A stretch of DNA of 64,000 nt from Candidatus Poribacteria bacterium (GTDB lineage Bacteria > Poribacteria > WGA-4E > PCPOR2b), in NCBI GenBank assembly GCA_965208675.1, contig OZ242351.1:2432001-2496000 (forward strand). Direction: 5' to 3'. A program made the translations under genes and the position numbers. The notes under the pieces are model-generated. The model saw only the letters and a program-made list of their open reading frames with translations, was not told the DNA's origin and did no database searches. Shown one piece after another: positions 57,821 through 64,000 of this stretch. Each line of letters opens with the position of its first letter. Position 1 is the stretch's first letter.

Positions 57821-58627
57821 ATGTTTAAGTTCAGCAACGAACAGATTGAGCGGTACAGCCGACACATTGTCCTTCCAGAAGTTGGCGGTATGGGACAAAC
57901 CAAGCTCCTCGAATCGAAAGTCCTGCTCATCGGCGCAGGCGGTTTGGGTTCACCGGCGGGGCTATATCTAGCGGCGGCTGGCATCGGAACGTTGGGAATT
58001 ATCGATCAAGACGTCGTTGATCTGAGCAACCTTCAACGACAAATTCTGCACGGTATGAGTGATATTGGCCGTCTAAAAGTTGAATCCGCGAAGGAGACGA
58101 TTGCGGATATTAATCCTGATGTACAAGTTATCACTCACACCGAACGCCTATCATCGGAAAATGCACTTGAAATTATTGGGCAGTACGATTTGGTCGTTGA
58201 TGGATGTGATAATTTCCCCACCCGCTATCTGATAAATGACGCTTGCGTAATGCTGGGCAAGCCGAACGTACACGGCAGCATATTTCAGTTTGAAGGGCAA
58301 GCGACTGTGTTCTACCCGGGAAAAGGACCGTGTTACCGCTGCCTCTATCCCATGCCTCCGCCGCCCGGTATGGCGCCAAGTTGCCAAGAGGCAGGCGTAT
58401 TTGGTGTATTGCCGGGAATTATCGGGAACATACAAGCGTTTGAGGCTATCAAGATTTTGCTCGATATTGGCGAGCCGCTTATCGGCCGGTTAAAACTATT
58501 CAACGGGTTAACAGCAGAATTCAAAGAACTGAAACTACGGCAAGATTCAGAATGTCCGATGTGCGGAGAAAATCCCACCATCCATGAACTGATTGACTAC
58601 GAGGAATTCTGTCGAGTGCAATGGTGA
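57821..58627 (+). CDS. moeB: MoeB/ThiF family adenylyltransferase
   Basis: RYSRH, IGAGGLG, SNLQRQILH, CYRC and CPMC Zn motifs. Confidence 0.9.
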   Translation: MFKFSNEQIERYSRHIVLPEVGGMGQTKLLESKVLLIGAGGLGSPAGLYLAAAGIGTLGIIDQDVVDLSNLQRQILHGMSDIGRLKVESAKETIADINPDVQVITHTERLSSENALEIIGQYDLVVDGCDNFPTRYLINDACVMLGKPNVHGSIFQFEGQATVFYPGKGPCYRCLYPMPPPPGMAPSCQEAGVFGVLPGIIGNIQAFEAIKILLDIGEPLIGRLKLFNGLTAEFKELKLRQDSECPMCGENPTIHELIDYEEFCRVQW

Positions 58628-58687
58628 CTTCATTGATAGTGCGCCGTCGGTAAACACGCCGCTTTTAAAGGGTAATGTGGAAAATAC

Positions 58688-58716
58688 TTGCCTAGCGCAG
58701 AATATTCATGTAGAAT
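58688..58716 (+). promoter_or_regulatory. sigma70-type promoter for the selenoprotein gene
   Basis: TTGCCT-17 nt-TAGAAT. Confidence 0.55.
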
Positions 58717-58789
58717 TGTAATTCATCAGATTGGGTAATGTTCTAATGACCTAAATGTTAGGGAAATTGACTGCATAGGAGGATTCGCA

Positions 58790-59020
58790 ATGAATCTACA
58801 AATTGAATATTGCACGGCTTGAGGCTATTTACCCACAGCCGTCAGTTTGACGCAAGAACTATTGGATAAATACAAGACAGATATTAAGGGACTCACCCTT
58901 GTCCCGGGCAGCGGCGGCTGCTTTGAAGTGACGAGTAATGGAGACCTAATCTACTCTAAACTCCAAACAGGCGAGTTTCCAACCACGAAGCAGATTACTT
59001 CGGCAATTGAAGCGAACTAA
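58790..59020 (+). CDS. Rdx-family (SelW/SelT/SelH-like) selenoprotein, 76 aa, UGA=Sec at 58820-58822
   Basis: AGGAGG RBS; MNLQIEYCTA(U)GYLPTAVSLTQELL...LVPGSGGCFEV..NGDLIYSKLQTGEFP; absent from the ORF track. Confidence 0.9.
58840..58852 (+). promoter_or_regulatory. Putative bacterial SECIS apical hairpin
   Basis: CGTCA-GTT-TGACG with loop G 23 nt after the UGA. Confidence 0.55.
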
Positions 59021-59181
59021 GAAACAGGTGTGTGATTGTACAAGTCCAGTGGAACGTATGGATCTCTCCCTGCGTTCCACAAACATCCACGCCCTTACTC
59101 TCCCTACCTATTTCCTCAACTCCAGCAGATATCTCCCATCCCCATGATTACAGGTGCAAAGCGCTACTTTTAACTCCTACT

Positions 59182-59985
59182 TTACTCCACTGCGACGATG
59201 GACACATTCCATAGATCGGCTTGCCTGCAGAGCGCTTCCTGATTTACCACAAATGTACGCTTCGCTTCAACAGCGAGAACGCTGCCGTTGACTTCATGCA
59301 GCGCTTTCAGAGTTTCACTGCCGACAGTCGGCACGTCAATTCGGAAATCGTGATTCGAAGCGGCGGCTTTAGCAACAACTATCCCTTTACCCCCAAGTGC
59401 CCCGCCCCGTTGAATCGCCTCGTCGGTTCCTTCAATAGCTTCTATAGCGATTGGCAGCAACGATTTGACGATTACGGTTTGTCCAATGTCCAAGTTTGCA
59501 ACTTGGCGAGCTAACTGCATACCGTACTTCAAATCCTTCCATTCCGATGCCGTTGGCTGCTTTTTCGACAATACTCCCGCTTTAGGCATTAAACCCTTGA
59601 GGAAACGGTGTTGCTCAATGACAGATAGCCCTTTCGATTCAAACCTATCGATAATCGCAGCGATGCTGGCGCGGATACCCTTGCTGCGTGTACTCGCAAG
59701 AATTTTTGCCGCTGTTGAATCTAATAGAAAGGGACGAAGGAGCACGCTTTTATGGATTTTTCCAATAATCACAATTTCCCGGACGCCTGAATCGAGAAAT
59801 ATTCGCGTAACCTTTTGGATTTGTCCAATTCCAGCCGGAAATATTTCGGAAGAGACATCCGCCAATCGCTCGGAGGGATTTTTCGTGATAGGGACGACAA
59901 CTGGCACGCGGCCGTAATCGATCGCGGCTTGCGCCATCAAAACGGGCAACTCTCCCATGCCGGCAATTATCCCGAGTTTCTCCAT
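59182..59985 (-). CDS. lpxI: UDP-2,3-diacylglucosamine pyrophosphatase LpxI
   Basis: GIIAGMGELP, DIGQTVIV, AIEAIEGTD, DFRIDVPTVG; follows lpxA. Confidence 0.9.
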   Translation of the reverse strand: MEKLGIIAGMGELPVLMAQAAIDYGRVPVVVPITKNPSERLADVSSEIFPAGIGQIQKVTRIFLDSGVREIVIIGKIHKSVLLRPFLLDSTAAKILASTRSKGIRASIAAIIDRFESKGLSVIEQHRFLKGLMPKAGVLSKKQPTASEWKDLKYGMQLARQVANLDIGQTVIVKSLLPIAIEAIEGTDEAIQRGGALGGKGIVVAKAAASNHDFRIDVPTVGSETLKALHEVNGSVLAVEAKRTFVVNQEALCRQADLWNVSIVAVE

Positions 59986-60034
59986 CCCGGCTCCCCTGCG
60001 TCAATATTTTAACCGCTATCTGATGCTTGTCGGT

Positions 60035-60826
60035 CTAAACCCCGATACCTCGTTGAGAGTTCTCAATAAAATTCAGGAGATATTCCACTTCCTCATCCGG
60101 TTTGACTTCACTTCTGACCCGCGCAATTGCTTGGGTGAAATCAACCTTAGAACGAAAAAGAATACGGTGTGCCTGTTTGAGATGCTTAATTGTTTCCGGC
60201 GAGACGGATGCCATAGGATGGATTCCAGAGGAGCCGAGACCAACTACATTCAATGCACGGACACGCGCAGGGTGGCCATCGGAAATGGTGAACGGCGGCA
60301 CGTCCTGCACAAATTTCGAACATGCACCAGCCATTGCCATTTTTCCAACCCGCACAAATTGATGAAATGCAGCGTGGGCACCGATTCGCGCGTCGTCTTC
60401 GATTATCACATGTCCGCCCAGCGTGGCGAAATTCGCCATAATCGTTCGATTTCCAACAACGGTGTCATGGGCGATATTCACCCAGTTCATTAGCAAGTTG
60501 TCATTTCCAACAATCGTTGCGCCATCCTCAACCGTAGATCTGGAAATTGAAACGTACTCTCGCAATACATTCCGATCGCCAACTCGGACATAGCTTCGCC
60601 AACCCCCGTATTTAAGATCTTTTGAAGGATTGCCGATGGAACACCCGAAGAAGATTTGGCACTCTTCGCCAATGATTGTCCAGCGATCAATTTGAACATG
60701 CGGGCCAATCACGGTTCCACGACCGATTTGGACCTCATCGCTGATAATTGAGAAGGGACCGACTTCGACGTTCGCTCCGAACTTTGCCGTTGGCGAAACA
60801 ATTGCGGTAGGGTGAATATTGCTCAC
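60035..60826 (-). CDS. lpxA: Acyl-ACP--UDP-N-acetylglucosamine O-acyltransferase
   Basis: IHPTAIV, hexapeptide repeats, DLKY, AHD, HQFVRVG, QDVPPF. Confidence 0.95.
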   Translation of the reverse strand: MSNIHPTAIVSPTAKFGANVEVGPFSIISDEVQIGRGTVIGPHVQIDRWTIIGEECQIFFGCSIGNPSKDLKYGGWRSYVRVGDRNVLREYVSISRSTVEDGATIVGNDNLLMNWVNIAHDTVVGNRTIMANFATLGGHVIIEDDARIGAHAAFHQFVRVGKMAMAGACSKFVQDVPPFTISDGHPARVRALNVVGLGSSGIHPMASVSPETIKHLKQAHRILFRSKVDFTQAIARVRSEVKPDEEVEYLLNFIENSQRGIGV

Positions 60827-60962
60827 TCATCTTCTCCCTAATGGTAACAGCCGCGAATGCGCAGCGTGGATGTTTCTCTCCCTTAGAATCAGTGACCATC
60901 AGTTGCGGCAAGTGCTATGCGGCGCACTCCAAAGATAAGTTTGCTTCATTAAGGTCACGCCC

Positions 60963-62246
60963 CTACGCCGCTGCGTTCTGGTTGAGCGCGATTGCTAACT
61001 CTCCCTCGGCTGCAAGCGTTCCTTCGACATACGCTTTACCACCGATGCGCGCCCATGTGCGGCGCCTCCGTAGAATTTCAACTTCCAACCTGAGTTGGTC
61101 CCCCGGAATAACAGGGCGCCGGAATTTTGCGTCCTTAATCGACGCAAAATATCCAAGTTGCCCCTCAACAGATTGTTCTTGCAGTAACAACCAGGCGCCA
61201 AGTTGCGCTAACGCCTCCATCTGCAATACGCCCGGCATCACCGGCTGCTCAGGAAAATGGCCCTGAAAAAATTGCTCGTTGATTGTGAGATTCTTGATAC
61301 CAACTGCCCGTTTTCCCGGTTCAAATTCAATAACCCGATCGAGCATGCACATTGGATAACGGTGCGGTAGAATCCGATAAATCTCTAGGGATTCCACCGG
61401 GTCTTGCAATGGTTCTCCAATTAGTCTCTTTTCCGCTAGATTTTGAATCAGCTGCGCGTGTAAAGCGTGGCCAGATCGAATCGCAATAACTTGTGATTTA
61501 GGAAGTTGACCGCCCAAGTAGAGATCGCCAATCAGATCCAAAATTTTGTGCCGCACGAATTCATCTTCAAACCTTAGCGCACCACTGGTGCGTCCACCTT
61601 CATCAACAACAACCACGTTTTCATGAGTCGCTCCTTTACCGATCCCCTGATTTTTGAGCGCCTCAACTTCATCGGCGAAACAGAAACTGCGTGCAGGCGC
61701 AATCTCTTTTTCATAAATCTCTGGCTGGATGGTGTAGGTTGCAACTTGAGACGGTATTTGGGGGTGATCGTACGCGAAGGAGACTTGCATTGAATCCGAA
61801 GGAAGTAAAATTAGTTGCTTATCATTGTCATAAACAGCGAACGGTTCTGACAGTTCAACCGAGTACCGCGGTGCGTTCTGTTGAATAATTCCCGCTTCTT
61901 TGATGAGATTTACATATTGCAACGCACTTCCATCTAGCGCAGGCGGCTCCGGCGCATTGATGTCAATGCTCACATTATCAATCCTCATACCCGCCAATGC
62001 CGACAATAGGTGTTCAACGCTGCTGATTGTAGCATCACCGCTGCGTAAGCTAGTACAGCGGGGAACCGCATCTTCATAGTTATCGGGGCAAACTTTAATC
62101 GAGGGGTTGCCGGGGAGATCGATTCGGTGAAAAACAACCCCGTAATCTTCCGGCGCCGATTTAAAGGTTAGCTCAACTGCTTCGCCCAGCATCAAACCAC
62201 ACCCCGAAATCGCCGCTTCATTTTGAATCGTCTGTTGCCGCTCCAA
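60963..62246 (-). CDS. lpxC: Bifunctional LpxC deacetylase / FabZ dehydratase
   Basis: VEHLLSAL and RHKILDLIGDL (LpxC); LPHRYP, GHFP, PGVLQMEALAQ (FabZ); TTG start after GGGAG. Confidence 0.93.
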   Translation of the reverse strand: MERQQTIQNEAAISGCGLMLGEAVELTFKSAPEDYGVVFHRIDLPGNPSIKVCPDNYEDAVPRCTSLRSGDATISSVEHLLSALAGMRIDNVSIDINAPEPPALDGSALQYVNLIKEAGIIQQNAPRYSVELSEPFAVYDNDKQLILLPSDSMQVSFAYDHPQIPSQVATYTIQPEIYEKEIAPARSFCFADEVEALKNQGIGKGATHENVVVVDEGGRTSGALRFEDEFVRHKILDLIGDLYLGGQLPKSQVIAIRSGHALHAQLIQNLAEKRLIGEPLQDPVESLEIYRILPHRYPMCMLDRVIEFEPGKRAVGIKNLTINEQFFQGHFPEQPVMPGVLQMEALAQLGAWLLLQEQSVEGQLGYFASIKDAKFRRPVIPGDQLRLEVEILRRRRTWARIGGKAYVEGTLAAEGELAIALNQNAAA

Positions 62247-62288
62247 ATCGAAGTCTCCCTTCCTTGTACGCACGTAGGCTTGAGCCTG

Positions 62289-63326
62289 TCAGTCCGCACC
62301 TTGTGCTTTTATTTTGCGAATCATCTTTTGGTGTTCCTTTAAAGTATTCGAGAAGTGGTGTTTGCCGCCGTCAATGGCGACAAAGTAAAGATGAGACGTG
62401 GAAACGGGACGTAAGGCAGCAAGGATCGAATCCAACCCCGGATTACAAATAGGCCCAGGCGGTAAACCCTTATGACGGTATGTATTGTAAAGAGAGTCTA
62501 CTTCAAGATCCGCCCTTGTCAATTGGTGTTCGGGGTTGCCAAGCGCATAAAGAACGGTTGGATCTGCTTCCAGCCGCCAACCTCGACGTAAGCGGTTGTG
62601 GTAAACGCCTGAAATTAATGGGCGTTCATGCGCGTGTTTTGCTTCCTTTTCGATAATTGACGCCAATGTAACCACCTCGTGCCTAGACAATTGCAGCGAT
62701 TCGGCTTCGTCGCTCAACTTAGATGTCCACAACCGGTCAAAAATCTTAAGCATCAACTCGATTTGTACCTCGGGTGGTGTTCCATCAGCCAATTGGAAAG
62801 TATTCGGGAAAAGATATCCTTCCAACGTTTCCGCTTCGATCTTGTATTTCGTTCGCCACAGCGGAGAACTAGCTGCCCGCGCAAACGCCTCCGCGGATCC
62901 AAATCCCTCGCTCTCCCAAAGCTGCCCAATTTGAGCAATTGTCAAACCTTCGGGTACAACAAATCGGCGCGTCTCTACCCTTCCCGCTTTTAGCTTTTCG
63001 ATAATGTTCATGGGAGTCATCGAACCGCTCAACCGGTAGATTCCCGCTTTCAAATCGCGGCTAGCACCACTGAACCGGGCCATCAACTGAAACATCACCG
63101 CACTGCGGATAAGATTTTCACGCGCAAGCTGTTTTGCTATGGCTTTTGAACTCATCCCGGTAGAAATGGAGGATAATCGCGGTTTAGCATCTCGACTGAC
63201 CGGCCTCAAGCACATCACCGCAAAAATCGCCGCAATTGCGCCCGAGATAGACAAACTGAATATTGCAACGTAGATAATTGCAGGGGCATTCCGCGCCGCG
63301 TATTTATAAAGAATGCGTGAATTCAT
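62289..63326 (-). CDS. mltG: Endolytic transglycosylase MltG
   Basis: N-terminal TM; VPEG, LEGYLFP, LASIIEKE, ADPTVLY, YNTY..GLPPGPICNPG. Confidence 0.93.
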   Translation of the reverse strand: MNSRILYKYAARNAPAIIYVAIFSLSISGAIAAIFAVMCLRPVSRDAKPRLSSISTGMSSKAIAKQLARENLIRSAVMFQLMARFSGASRDLKAGIYRLSGSMTPMNIIEKLKAGRVETRRFVVPEGLTIAQIGQLWESEGFGSAEAFARAASSPLWRTKYKIEAETLEGYLFPNTFQLADGTPPEVQIELMLKIFDRLWTSKLSDEAESLQLSRHEVVTLASIIEKEAKHAHERPLISGVYHNRLRRGWRLEADPTVLYALGNPEHQLTRADLEVDSLYNTYRHKGLPPGPICNPGLDSILAALRPVSTSHLYFVAIDGGKHHFSNTLKEHQKMIRKIKAQGAD

Positions 63327-63376
63327 CGTATTTTATTTTGACACTTAAACCAGTAATCGTTACTTGGCATTCCCAG

Positions 63377-63799
63377 CTATGGGCGGTTTCGTAATTGCTC
63401 TAGGTAGCTCTCAAGTATCAACACGGCTGCCACCTGATCGATGATTCTCTTCTGCTTCTTTCGACGCTTTTTGGTTTGCTGAAGTATCTGTTCCGCCTCT
63501 ACCGTAGTGAAACTTTCATCCCAGAATGAAATTGGTAGATTGGATGCGCGCTCTAAAAACGCAGCGAATTTTTTGACCTTCTGCGCTTGAATCCCAACTT
63601 CACCATTGAGCCGAAGCGGCAGCCCGATGACAATCTGGTCTACACCGTGCGCATCAATTAGGGCATTTAGCGCTGCGAGATCGACCTTACGATTCTTCCG
63701 CGTAATTGTGCAGAGCGGGTGCGCTGCAATACCGAGTTCATCGCTTATCGCGGCGCCGATTCGTACATCCCCGATGTCTAATCCAAGAATGACTGCCAT
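63377..63799 (-). CDS. ruvX: Holliday junction resolvase-like / pre-16S rRNA nuclease YqgF
   Basis: LGLDIGDVRIGAAISD, IGLP, WDESFTT, IDQVAAVLILESYL. Confidence 0.92.
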   Translation of the reverse strand: MAVILGLDIGDVRIGAAISDELGIAAHPLCTITRKNRKVDLAALNALIDAHGVDQIVIGLPLRLNGEVGIQAQKVKKFAAFLERASNLPISFWDESFTTVEAEQILQQTKKRRKKQKRIIDQVAAVLILESYLEQLRNRP

Positions 63800-64000
63800 G
63801 ATGAGTTATACCTGCCTCAAAATCGAACAAAACCAGAGATAGACAGACCGATTCTGCCGCTTTCAATTAAGGTTTCCCCCACGTTTCTTATCGATTTGAT
63901 GGACATGTTCAGCATGACAATCATCGCATCGGGGGAACCTGAATCGTCATCTGCTTCAGGTGAGAAGGGGTGGATAAATGTCTATCGCTTTGGACGTTGT

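Noticed and set aside
60963-62246. LpxC-FabZ fusion as a novelty
   Set aside because: This fusion is well known in several diderm phyla.
63800-64000. Partial gene at the right edge
   Set aside because: No frame could be assigned with confidence.

Overview
Bacterial (diderm) chromosomal segment. The GTAG-type REP repeats, LamG/HEAT/NHL proteins and TWGxIK-like C-termini suggest a Ca. Poribacteria-like organism, but this is inference. Housekeeping flanks: tandem acyltransferases, pspA, tgt and nusB on the left; tsaD, tsaC, moeB, lpxI, lpxA, lpxC-fabZ, mltG and ruvX on the right, plus a CxxU selenoprotein missed by the ORF track. Between them lies a ~36-kb island (13.6-49.9 kb) entirely on the minus strand. 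In transcription order it holds: (1) a compact secretin/PilMN/PilOP-like cluster; (2) a consensus sigma-54 promoter with three palindromic enhancer boxes; (3) two Sec-signal Rhs proteins with an identical 3.8-kb core, an inserted LamG domain and different HExxH C-terminal domains; (4) a signal-peptide 'mini-Rhs' made only of the DPxG cleavage module plus a third HExxH domain; (5) a long, decaying array of shuffled Ig-like lipoprotein, HEAT and SMI1/KNR4 genes. Several spacers in that array appear to be relics of deleted toxin C-termini ending in a T-W-x-x-[IV]-K tag. The best candidate for a new system is this Sec/secretin-linked polymorphic metallopeptidase Rhs locus with its orphan-immunity-like cassette array. 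All family calls come from reading motifs by eye; no database searches were run.
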